From positions 310,001 to 374,000 of the forward strand of contig JAQGDQ010000076.1 of the NCBI GenBank assembly GCA_030141605.1: DNA of 64,000 bases. Direction: 5' to 3'. The stretch is from Tubiluchus corallicola (taxonomy: Eukaryota; Animalia; Priapulida). A program made the position numbers and the translations under genes. This document shows, one piece after another, positions 51,359 to 64,000 of the stretch (position 1 is its first letter; each line of letters begins with the position of its first letter). The notes under the pieces are model-generated. The model made no database searches. It saw only the letters and a list, made by a program, of their open reading frames with translations, and was not told where the DNA came from.

Positions 51359-52307
51359 TGGTTAACCATCTTAACCGCGCAAGTTTGTACAAACAAGCGA
51401 TATAAACAAACAATCCACACAAAGCATAAAAGGGATACATTTTAATTAGGATTTTACGTAGCTTGTAAGGTAGCCTGAGGAAAAATGTGTACGAACAGAC
51501 TTGTTTTTCCCCTGCTGTCTCTTTGGACCATTTCACACACACGGAATTGCTCTCATAAAATCAGAAGATTTCCTGAGAAAGCCGATTTCTTTTTGAAGAA
51601 AAGTTGAAAACACCCAAACCCAAACGATAGAAACGCGCGCTGTTTTACGCTCGTCCAGCTAGATCCAACATTCGGTGACTGTGACTTGCAGGTTGCAATT
51701 TACAAAAATTACAGTTAGTAGGTTTAGTCAATAGATCTTATTTTGTTTTTATAGCAATTACTTAGTCCAGCTGCTTCATCATTGTTACCTTTATAAAATG
51801 AAAAAAATCGTTTACAGATAAGAGATATATTGAAAACATTTTTTACTAATGCGTTCATTGTTATTCTCTAAACAAGGTAAATTTCGCAAGGAATTCTCGT
51901 GAAAATGGAATATGGTCCATTTTTACCAACTGGCAAATTTCCTCATGAAGAGGACGTGTAGTTTCTAGCTGGCAATGTGGCTTTTGTAACGCAACTTACG
52001 AAAGGAAGACAAATAAAATTATAATACTAAAATTTAATTTTAATTTTAATTTATTTAGCCCGTAATATCACAATATGCGTAGCGTACTAGAAACGTACAG
52101 ATTGTCAGGTAACTTATAACCACCTTGCAAATTTTGCAGCCTGGGCATAGTTCAGTATAAAAAAACAATGTACGTTTACTATCTTGCACAGTACCAATTT
52201 TGAATGAAATTAATTGAATGAATCATCAACAGAGATTGGAAAATTCAAAAACTAGATATTTAAATTATGTAACATTTAAACAACCACTGATGGGAGAAGG
52301 CCTAATA

Positions 52308-52309
<2 letters not shown>

Positions 52310-52391
<82 letters not shown>
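52310..52391. repeat. (TAT)n microsatellite immediately after the SULT stop codon
   Basis: Direct reading. Confidence 0.95.
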
Positions 52392-52395
<4 letters not shown>

Positions 52396-55300
52396 TTATA
52401 ACTCGAAATCGTGGTGGATTCCAGTTCCGCCAAAATATTTCTTGTATTCGGCATCGAACATCATGCTCAGTTCGTCGTCAAAATAATTCTTCCAATCACC
52501 AACCGTCCCTTGAAACACCAAACGTACGAATCATTAAACACACATTCTATTAAATTTTTTAATGTGAAACTTATTCATTTTGTTTAATGGCATAAACATT
52601 ACAATGACAGAGAATTTATTTATTGGCATGTATATTACAATGACGTACATAAGTACACGAACAGTAAAACAACAATAAAAAATGCGCAATAAATTTGCGC
52701 AAACAATAAAAAACGCATAAGCCTGCATGCTACATATAATTTTAGTACAATATTGTTACCATGTCACGAAATCGTAATGAATAATTACAAATGGTCATGC
52801 ATATACCTATACACATCAATACTTACATGTTACTACCATTTATTTCGTTTTATAAAACTCTTAAAACGTAATTGGCAACTATTTTATTATGTCACAGTCG
52901 TTATGAATTTTAGTTTTTCGTTATCGTACAATTTAATGAAATTGGTATAACTGATGTCCGTGATATTAGAGTCAAAAGTTCGTCTCAACTCGTTGTAGAA
53001 GGAGCAATAAAACGAAAAATAAAATTCGTCTTCTACTTGCTGACCGTCACAATGATTACAGATTTCCATGTCTACAGGGACTTTACATGTTGGTCTTATC
53101 TTTTTTCTATTATGTAGGTTGTGCTCACTTACTCACATTTGTTGTAAAAAAAATATAAACAGTTTTCTTGTTTAAATTCTGATCTTCGCAGCTTATTGTT
53201 TTCGTTATTACTCCTGCCTGTTTCTTATATAATGTTATACTTCCAAAATTCACCGTGGGCTGCTTATAGCTTCAATTTTACTGGAGAAATGAACAAAGCT
53301 TCCCGAGGAACGCCATTTCTTTATAAATTGCAGTTGCGCAAGCAAACCCTTCATTTGAATGATTTTAATGTTACAGAATTTTAATGTAAGGTGACACCGT
53401 AATTTAGATTTAGCTGCTTATTTGTTTTACCTTTACGCATAAATTTCTCTTCCTCTGGCTTGTATTCACCAGTTTTGTCAAGCCAGGAGTAGTTGGATTG
53501 CGGGTTGTCTTTCATTTTTTTGAAACTGGTGGCTTCCTTTATCAATGTCACTTGTTCTTCTGTCACTGGTTTTCCAAGGAAATTAGCTATCTTTCTAATG
53601 TTTTCCTCTGGGTCCTACCTCAGACACAAACTTTTGATAAATTTTGAATATGGTGCGAATGAACGAATAATTATTAATCTAAAACTTAAGTCTTGTTCAC
53701 ACAACCGCAGTGATCGGATGGCTGATAAGTTACAACCTGCAGCTACAAAATAAAGGAAAATGTAACGACTTTATACATATAGTATAAGGAGCCGGCAAAT
53801 AATTCAATTTTCACCTTGTGAGACAAGAGCATCCACACTTTCAAAAGCTTTCTTTTGGATTTCACACTCTGTATTATTAATGTACAAGAAAACACACCAC
53901 TTACATAAAGCTTAAAAAATTCGTCTTGCCTTTTGAATGCAAGGCTTGCGTCGGCAGTAACGCTGTATAAAACATGTAAATCTAGACGCCCGCAATGACT
54001 GTTAGACGCAGTTATTTTTACGATAAGTCATTTGAAATCAAGTTTAGATAACACTAAGTAAAGTTCGAAAAAATAATCAGAGCGTTCGTAGCGCACACGT
54101 CACTAAATAAAATTTTAAATTACTGTATCTTGTCAATAATATTAAAAACACGTTTTTTGGTTAGTAAGTGGTGCACCCTGGAGGTGAGTTAACGACATTT
54201 TACCAATTAGCGAAAATATTTTAAATAATTAATAATTTTTTTCGAGTTACACAAGTCTTTCAAGCAGGTAAGCGAAATACTAAGTAATGTTACTTCATAA
54301 CGTTATGCTCATATTACGTCTAGTAATGGACGGGAGTAATGCGGAGTATTGCGGGGAGATTTAAAATGAAACAAACTAAACATCCTTTCAACGTGAGTAT
54401 GACATACGCATAAAGTTCCTATAAAATAATATAATTTTTAAGGCGATTCAATTTTGCTGTTCACTACAAATTCTATAAAGCTCAAATTTACTCGCAAGTG
54501 GACAGCTAGTGGCTACTTTGATCCACAGCCAGAAAAAATTGAAACTGAGCTACACTAAAATAGGTTCAGGCGCATTGTCCAATTTTTCCGATGTCTCTGC
54601 CATTTAGTATTTAGTTTAAACGTTGCTTTATTGAATAACAGAGGTTACATATTTGACTTGAACAAACAGTTTTACAACTGAGAGACGTTCTTGCAAAAGG
54701 AACGTAACACTTAGAAGGGTGCAGACAATAAACGAGCAGAAGAAACATTACAGTATGACTACTAGCAGTATAGATACATTCCTAACATATTGAAGACAGT
54801 AATAATAATATTACTATTTAAACAATGTAAACTAATACAATGGTTAGAAGTGCTTAGTTAGAAATATAAATTACTGTACAAGCTTAAACACTTAAGTATT
54901 AGCAGTTATATTTAAGCGTTGATTGCATGAATAAAGCAGGTAAATGACTTCATTTGTTGACAGATTATAAATTCTGATATTAAGGGGAACTAACAAAGCA
55001 CAGAGTTTGCTTAGTAATATATCTCCAGTCTGCTGATATAACGGGCAACTAATTAGAAAATGATTAATGGTTTCAAAAGAAAACCGCATTTACAGGACAC
55101 AGTCTTTACATCCTCTCTGACTCAGGTTGAAGTTTAATTGAGAAAAGCCAACCCGCATTCGTGTTCGAAGAACGGCTTGTTTGCGGTTACCATAAGAGTA
55201 ATATATGGAGATTTGTTGAAACCCAAGTGTTTTTAAATGTAATTAAAATGGTGATAAAAACACGCCATTACGAATACAGAGAAGAATTGAATTCCATGAA

Positions 55301-57497
55301 TCGACAGCAGAAACAAAGAATGAATTAGCAAGTGAAGTTGAATGATGATTAAAATTTCTGAAATCATCGCCATTGCGTACAGGATATGGTGTGACATCTC
55401 TCACTTTTGGTTGCACTGAGCAAGAAAAACACATACAGATTCGTTGAACTTACCTTCTTCAAGTCTTCATATTTTACAAACAGAACTACGTCAGGCAGCT
55501 GTTTTGATGCTTGCCACGCCTCCAAGGTGTGCCGCCAATAGGGACCATAAGGCGCTAAAAAATTATTAAAACTTTTGAGATCAGACAAAAGCATCAGCAA
55601 GCAGCATGTGAAAAGATCATTTGCCAATGAATCGTTTGGGGACCGAGGTTTCTCGGTGTTTTTCCCTTAATCTCCTCTCTCTCTCTCTATACTGAGAGGT
55701 ACGGCACATGTTTTTTGTGCATGCATTTCCGAGATACAGGCTCTAGCACCCATGTAACTTGCGAATCGAAATTACGTTTCTGCGCTAATAATTCTTTCAC
55801 GTAAGTCATTCTTAAAAATAGTATGTTGTCTTAAAATTAAATTAAATTAAACTCAAACGACATACCTCTATTTGCCAAAAATAATTTTCCAGCTTCCTTA
55901 AACGAAAAATCCATTTTGACTGCTTTAAACATGCGCAAGAAGAAGTAATATGAAACCATCAAGTCCTTTGGGTTTCGGCTGATGTAGATTACCTAAAAAT
56001 AATTTGTTTTACTTTAGAGTTCTGAAAATAGATGACTATTGACTCTTTAAGAAACAAAACAGTTATGTTACTATTTTACACAAAACTAAAAAAGTTGAGC
56101 TAAAAGCTAGCTACAGTGGTTTGTTTGTTTGGTTGGATGTTTGATTCAGTAGGTCTTTCATTTGGTTGATCAATTTGCAGGTCATCGGTCCGTCAGTAAA
56201 TACTAGACCAGGGTGTTAACATCCCACAGCATTACTTGTTCACAAAGATTTTGTAAAAATTACTAATAAAAAATTCGTAAAGACAGGAAATTGTCTACTT
56301 CGGAAATAAAAAAACTTTAGAGAAATACGATTATATATATATATATACACATTTCCTTGCAAGACACAATCAGCGAACACATTTGGCAGACAATAAATAG
56401 ATTTATAAAGACAGTTAACTGGTTGATGTATATCCATCATTTCATTGTAATTTAAATCTGTATAGTAAATGCCATCAAGACGCATTAAAAATTCTCGTAT
56501 AATGCTAGCATATACGAAGTCAACCTGTGTAATCTAATTTATGTTTGAATTTATGTACAAAACACTGCAATGTTTTTAACAAGCAACCGAAGTTGCAAAA
56601 TAGATCATTTTTTAAATTCGGTTGAAGTATACATTCATGCGATCTCCATAAAACAATGATTGTTTTTCTCTGGAAACTTAAACCTGTTGTAATGCACGCA
56701 TCTAATTAGCGTTCTGTATTTAATAACACTTTATAAGTCATAACTACTTACCTTACATTTTTTGTCTTTGACACTTTGTGGCAACAAACTATACGGTAGG
56801 TGCACCTTGAGTAACCTAGGAGCTGGGATTGTAGCCGGGTCCACTGGTTTCATACCTATATTTATTAACAAATGGATGTACCATGATATAACAAGTTTCG
56901 ATTGAATAAAAATACGGCTGTATTTACGAACTCGCTAAAAGAGTTTTTGTGAAACTTACCAAAGAATGTGAAGTCTATACAAGGGAACCTCTCTTCCAGA
57001 ATCTTACTTCTAGCTTTCTCTGTGTCACAATCATTCATAATCAGATACACTATCTCCTGAGTCCACGTTGTGCCTTGGTAGAAAGAAAGACTGTAGTTAC
57101 AAACATTCGACTGCACAAGAAAGATGTCTTGCTACTTGTAATCCAGTAAACTGATGATATAAGAAATATCATAATCGCCGTTATAAACATCATCATCATC
57201 ATCATCATCATCAGAAATCGTGTCAATGCGCATGTTTATTTTTTATGTTGATTTATAATGAAAAAAAACGCTCGTGTTCTCAGTAAATGCCCTTTTGCAA
57301 TACAAATTATGAGGTATAATAATGTTAATTTTTTATCTGTTTGTCTCACCTGCTTTTGGGAACGAGTTGACGAATATGTCGTCCGGACTACACTGGAAGT
57401 CCTTCAAGACGTTTTCATACGTGGTAATAACATCGTTGGGTAAAACATAGCCTTCATATAACCTGGCTAATTGCTGATTACCTGGTTGAGTTGCCAT
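52396..57497 (-). CDS. Cytosolic sulfotransferase (SULT1-like), 7 exons, 296 aa
   Basis: complement(join(52396-52508,53431-53614,55454-55554,55866-55992,56752-56855,56960-57073,57350-57497)) = 891 nt. 5'-PSB SFPKAGTTW, PRLLKVHLP (catalytic His), 3'-PB RNPKD..VSY, YGPYW.H, YEDLKKD, FMRKGTVGDWKNYF. Confidence 0.95.
52880..53150 (-). mobile_element. LINE ORF2 C-terminal zinc-knuckle relic
   Basis: ICNHC....VEDEFYFSFYCSFYNELR resembles the C..C....EDE.H....C..Y..LR motif. Confidence 0.6.
54800..55420 (-). mobile_element. CR1/L2-group LINE 3' fragment in a SULT intron
   Basis: NSFFVSAVDSWNSI, TRMRVGFSQLN and ETINHFLISCPLY motifs across broken frames. Confidence 0.75.
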
Positions 57498-57959
57498 GTT
57501 AATTTTATACACACTTAGACTGACTTATGCAAAACGTACTTTTACACAAAGTTTACAGACAGGATATTGAAGTGGTGTGATGTTAGTTGTTACAGTAGCT
57601 CACAATATCAGGTTAGTTCATATGTCTATACACGATAGAAACTGCACACAGAAATGCAGCAAAAAGGTCGAAGGTACAGGTAAGCCTTACTTACAGATCC
57701 CAAGGTTATAACAACTTTTTGATTGTAGATAAATATACCTATATAACTCTTTCACGTCCCACGCTTGAAGGAAAAGGTCATCTTATGGCGGTGTCTCGGA
57801 GCTTATAGTCAAATAATAAAGTCCACATTATATCCATAATTCGGGGTAACCATAAATGCGGTTGAATTCTGTTTTTTTATAAACGTATTTATTTTTTCAT
57901 AAAAGAATTAATAATAAAGTAATACTGCTGTTTATCATTCTCAAGTTCTTGTGCAATAA

Positions 57960-58235
<276 letters not shown>

Positions 58236-61200
58236 GTATAAATGTTAAAGACTAGTTTTATACATTTTTGAAATTCAAGCATGGGCAAAATTAGCATGAT
58301 ATGGCATCATTGCAAAATCTGCGTAGGGTGTCATGTTAGTAAGATTTAAAAACTACTCAACAGATGTCACTGTGTACTAGTACCGTTAGATGTTCATTTT
58401 GTATTAATTACATGTATAACGAAATGGTCTAATCAATATGGGAGTCAAATTTTTTATAACTGTTCATCAAACTGCAAGATTTTCTCCAGCACTCAACGGT
58501 TGTGAAACTCTCCTACATAATGATGGAGTGAGCGGAATCTAGCTCATTCTCATGGATATTAATCTTCTGACTGGACACTGGACTGAATTGTCAGAAGCAT
58601 CTTATCTACGTTTGACTGCATGTATACATTTCTTCAAATAGTTAGTGGAGTGGTCGAGCGTAATAGCAAGAGGTATTATTGCAGATAAAGCAAACGATAA
58701 TTCTCATGGCCTTCTTTTCACCCATCCATTTACTTAACAGACCTACTATTTTATAATTTTAGTTGCCAATCATACGCGCCGTGACCACTCGGTTATATAA
58801 ATTATTCCTTTTGTCCTAAAACTGTAGTGAGGTTACTGTAAATTGTGGTAGAAAGGAGAATTGTTTCTTTTATAATTAAAGGTAATTTATCTAACCAATG
58901 TCTGCAAATTATAAAATCGCTGAGAGTCATAAAACCTAGTCCGTATTTTTCTGTAGAATTTTTGGCTTATCGAAGGCGATGCATCACAAGTGTCCAAGTT
59001 TCAAGTCCTTTTATAACATTCTGTCCTGTAAAACGTATTCTTCATTATCAGCAGTACATGAGGAGGTGTAGAGTGGTCTTTAAAATGTCATGTATACACA
59101 CCCACGTTGTTTAACAAGTCATTTTTATTTACGTTCATGCCTGTTTCAACAATAGGCAGAGGCAGATAAGTAGCGTTTGATGTTTAAATTTAGTACGTAC
59201 ATTTTACTTCCTTTTTAAGAAAATTGCTTTTTATTTCTTTGTCCATTAACATTGTAGGCTGATGCGCTGGCTTCTGGCATTGATACGTCGGAGTGAAGAA
59301 TGAAGATGGAGCTGAAAACACATTGCTCCATCTAGCGGCTATAATTAAAAAAATATTGTCTAGGTTACATGAAACAGGAACAGGACAAAATTCACAAGTC
59401 CGAAAATTCTAATTTGTACTAAGTTACCTAACGTAGCATTTCATCTAGAAGACGAAAACGTTTCCACTAAGAGAGCAAAAACCGGCTTGTGTGGCTCTTT
59501 GACTGTTCATGCAAACGGCGATTGCTAATTACTACAAATCAGATAGATACTTATCAGTGTTTAATTTACAGATAGCAAACAGGATTAAAATTTTTAACTG
59601 TTGACCGGGTTCAGGACGGAATATTAAAGTATGGAAAAAACCAGTTACAGGACCCGTGGCCATTAAATTACACCATTAAAAACGTTGTAGTCAATTACTA
59701 GTTTGTAAAATTGCTAACTAATAACGTCTAAGGCGAAGACAAACTTGCAAAAATAGCTGAATTAAGAAGAATGATCGTTTATTAATTTAGCGCGCCTCCT
59801 TTGTCGTTAGGAGGCAACTCATGCGGAAGAAGGGGATTTTCGTTGAAAAACGAAAAGAGGTGCAGTCCCCAAACGCTTTGTTAATTGAATTAACGTTTGT
59901 CGGCAGAACGAGTGGGTTCCTAGCACAGATTTTCTGAGTGGGGTCGTTGCCATTCAAGAGGTCTTAACCGCACCTTTTTTATTTAAATTACTAGCAAGGA
60001 AGAAGAAAAATGAAATTATGTTACTAGAAAGAAACGACAGTACTGTACTAAATATATTTCTTGCTTCCGGGCTGCTCTTTGTTTTTCTTCGAAGAAGCTT
60101 GAACGATTGCCATTTTCAATTTTTTTAACCATGCAAGCAATTTTCCACATAAAGCTAGATATTTTCTGGTGGTGCATTGTAAATGCCAGTATTATCACTG
60201 ACTGATTCTGCCATACGAGGCAAGTGTGAACCCAAAAGTCAAGTGTGAGCACAACCTTATTGGATACAGTGCAAGTGTGACTGCAGGCTTACTGAATGTA
60301 AGAATGGTTTATTTCAGTGAAAATTATTAATAGCGAGAAAGAAAATCTGCACATTCCACACGTTTATTAACGATCTTATCAAGGTAAAAGGGAAGGGGTG
60401 GTGTTGTTAACTACAGATAGCTTTCAAAAAGAAACACACCAGAGCACACATCGTTGCCGACTGTTAGTCGGCGGCATCTTGTGTGTATTGCTCCTCCTTC
60501 TAGCTATTTAATTCTTTGACTTCCATGCCGACAACGGGGATTATCCTTAATGGATATCTCATATCTCACACTCTAGTTTGTTCCCTGACACATAAGTCTG
60601 CAATGACCATCTTTTCTTTGTAGTGTCTCGCTGGAGAATCGAGTCTGTTTAAAGGCGTAGTGAAGAATTGAAGATGTCAGAAAATAGCAGCAGCAGCAGC
60701 AAACAACAACTACAGTAGCGTCAGTAATAGCAAGAGCAACTGCAATACGTAGTTTTTCAAAAATTCCCGTATGGCAAAACTAAGGAATGGCCGCTGGTAC
60801 AAAGCGATATTAAATAATTGCTGCTATACATTAGGCATAGCTTACGCCAAGCCTTACTACCTGAGACTTGCACCTTCCCAACATAAAGCAAAGCAAACAC
60901 TGGAGAATACTGCTGTCGACAAAGAAATTATTTTCGCAGTAAAATTGAATTTATTTTCCAATTAAAAGCTGATTGTCAGGCAGGGCACACACGGCTCCAA
61001 CTCATTCTTGACCAGGAGCGTGTCTCGAATAAAGCGCTGACAAGTTTGGAAAGATTTCGAGCTGTGGTGTTTTTAAGAGGTTCAATACCGCAAAGGTTTC
61101 GTCTTATGTAAACTTTATGTAAGCTGGTAAGTGGGAATGTAAGCAGGTGTGTTAGGCGAGGCCTAGTGCACTCACAGTGTGAAAAAAGATTGTAAATTTT

Positions 61201-61357
61201 GTTGTTCTGTTAGTTCTAAAGTAGTTCATACGTGAAGAAATGTAATGATTGGTGAAAACCTATAACAAATAAATATTACATATAGCAAATAATAATAATA
61301 ATAATCACCTTCATTGTCATAGTTATTATGTGCGTGTTCCCTGCGTATGTGTTCTAC

Positions 61358-61695
61358 GTCATTCTTCGTTATCGTCGACATCATCGTCAGTGTCACCACC
61401 CTATCATTGCCATCGTCATCTCGTTAGCATTTTTATCACCACCATTATCATAATTCTAGTTATTTTAATAAATATCATCATTATTTCCTTATTGTCAGCA
61501 TTATGGTTGAATGATTCTATTGTCACGATCACAGCTTTGCCACAACCTACATCCGTCATCATAGTAACCATTGGAAGCTCCGTCATTATCAATGCCATCG
61601 TTATCATCACCATTATCTTCGTCATCAGCATCATCGTCATCATCATCATCATCATCATCATCAGCATCGTCATCATCATTTTATTCACCACCAAT
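61358..61695. repeat. Degenerate (ATC)n low-complexity tract
   Basis: Direct reading. Confidence 0.8.
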
Positions 61696-62120
61696 TTTGA
61701 AGAATAATAAATGTTTTCTTTAGAATTTTAATTATTTTATTTCAGGTACAATGCTTGCACATGAGGCTCGAATATACGTTTTCCCTTAGGACAATAGACA
61801 TTATAATGGGAAAATATTTAACAGCACATGGTATTGTGCGCCTGTTGTGACTAATTCTCTCAATTGTTAGGTGTTTTGGAAAATAGGTACCTGGCTAAGT
61901 GCAAATGCGCAGGCCGTGTTAATTCACTAACATGCAAACCTGTCTTTCTTTAGGCAAATAGACCCAGAAGTAAATCTCTATAGAAGCAACATTTTGTTCT
62001 GTGATGTGATGTGTGCACAAATGAGACACCGAAGCAGATATAGGAGGAGAGGAAAAGAAAGGATGAGAGGGAACGAGAGAGTGTGAGTGAGAGAGTGAGA
62101 GAGGAAAAATGGATACTCAC

Positions 62121-62201
62121 GTTCCTTCAACGATACTTCCTGAGAATTTATCGCGACTTACTACTGAGTACCGCTCTGTTCAGGTGAATTTAGCTTTTAT
62201 A
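62121..62201 (-). promoter_or_regulatory. Candidate TATA/Inr promoter plus short non-coding first exon
   Basis: Minus strand TATAAAAG (62201-62194), TCAGT Inr-like at 62167-62163, GTGAGT donor at 62120. Confidence 0.35.
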
Positions 62202-64000
62202 ACTGGTTGATTGAATGTTGGTAGGAGGTCTTGGTTTGCGGAAATTAAGTATTCTGCTTGAATTAGCGTCCCGATTGAAATTATTTATGCAGCTATAAGG
62301 GCAACGTCTTGACAACAGCACATTTGATTGCCGCTGAAACTGCTTTATTATATTTTATCGATACTTTGTCTATGGTTCTGTCTCTTGTTTTCTCCCCGCC
62401 TTTCTCTTTCTCTACCAATTTGCTCTCTCTTTCTGTGTTTTCTATTTTCTCCTTCTGTTTCTACGCTGCTCTTCCTCTTTCTCCTTTCGATTTATCTCTC
62501 TTCCAGTCTCCTCTTTGTTATTCTCTGTGCCTCATTTTATATATTTTCTTTCCTAGCATTGTCATCTTTTTTATATTCCTTTTAGTCTTTTCTTAAACCC
62601 AAACAAAGTTTCTCTTGCGCTTCAATCGATTGCCGTTTACAACGTTTCGTTAACATTTCACGTTGCTGCCAGAAAACTACTGAGACGTTAGTCCCAAAGT
62701 CGTCCGGAACTATAAAACAAACTCTACAAGTAATAAAATTTAACTTTATGTTCGGTGCTTTTGAAACTGAGTAACGAAATTGAAGTTTAATCTCTGCAAA
62801 TTGTTGACGAATGGCTACAAAATTCACGTGTGGCGTAGCAGAAATAACTCTTTACTTATTTGTTCAAAGAACATGCCGAACTTACGAACGTGTACGTACT
62901 TTGTATGAAGTAACGTTCTGCATAAAAAGTAAGCTTCTCGAAGGCGGCATATTTGCGGTCTTATGGCAGTCGTGGATTTTTACTATAAAATGTCTGCCTT
63001 CATAGCACTGTTGCTTCTGAGTCTACTGTATCAATTCTGTATAGGTTGTCATGGACTTCATGCATATTAATTTAGCTAAATCAGGTTGTCAGTTTTTAAG
63101 ACCTGAAAGCATAATTTGCTGTAGCATATCATGCGTGCGTAAGCGGCAGGCGTAACAATCGAGGCTTGCAATTTTCTTAATTTGTAAGCAAATTTTACCT
63201 TGCGACAAAATTTGGTGCTTCATACAATCAATAATTCAGCATCTGTCTAAGGTTTCAGTGAGCTATTTCCTGAATCGACAAAAACGGTTCTGTGATGGGC
63301 GAATGCTGTTCGTTTTTTGTGCTTATTATTGTTTTCCATTTTTTCTCGCATTCACTCACGTTTTAAAGTATTAAATTTATACATAAAGTGATAAATATCG
63401 CAAAGTCAATGCAATTATTATTGTTATTTTTTAAAGAAACAACACGAAGAAAATGTAATACATAAGTACAGACAAACACATGAGCGATAATTGTAAAGAA
63501 ATGTGACCATCCCTTCCTTCTGGTTTTTCTGTCTTATTTTGTCTGAAATTAACATTTTTATTACAGCCTTAAAACTTGTAACACGTGTACATGCATTATA
63601 CATTTCGTCGGGAAGTGCATGTCTGCATGGGGAAGCTTTAATGAAAATAACACCCTCTCCACTTTACGGGGATCAGAAAATAGACTGTTTAGTAAATTAG
63701 AAGCCAAGTACAGATTCACTGTCGAATAATAACATATTTCCGATACAATTTTTACATAATGTACTATAACAGTAGTGGTCAACACACGAATCTTAATTTA
63801 AAAAGTAGAGTTATAGATAACCAAGTGATAAGTTGAAGTGTTTTCCAATCCGAGTGATACTCAGTTCAAAAAACACATCCTGAGGACGTTCGTGCTCTAG
63901 GACACACCTCTGTAAAGGAAAAATATACTACGCTTGACCGATTATGCTCTATACTTCTCAGTAAATAATAATAATAAAATAAGTTTATTGATTAATACAA

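Overview
AT-rich, intron-rich invertebrate animal genomic DNA; species not identifiable from the sequence. The window holds four host genes: (1) a complete 20-exon classical calpain on + (5732-35463, about 746 aa) with an intact Cys/His/Asn triad, C2-like and penta-EF-hand domains, one U12-type intron and a diverged duplicate of its first protease-domain exon upstream; (2) an intronless rhodopsin-class GPCR on - (38361-39345) broken by one frameshift just before TM7; (3) a 4-exon CD225/dispanin (PRRT1/IFITM-like) gene on + (45195-48215); (4) a 7-exon cytosolic sulfotransferase on - (52396-57497). Calpain introns carry an internally deleted P-superfamily (THAP) transposon with long TIRs and a perfect 8-bp TSD, and several TA-flanked MITEs. 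The rest contains a hAT-type MITE, tRNA-derived SINE-like pieces, LINE relics, degenerate tandem repeats and microsatellites. The most unusual unexplained signals are a perfect 17-bp inverted repeat whose arms coincide with a candidate donor and acceptor just upstream of the calpain ATG, and the duplicated calpain exon. I found no clearly new multi-gene system. All exon boundaries were read by eye and no database searches were run.
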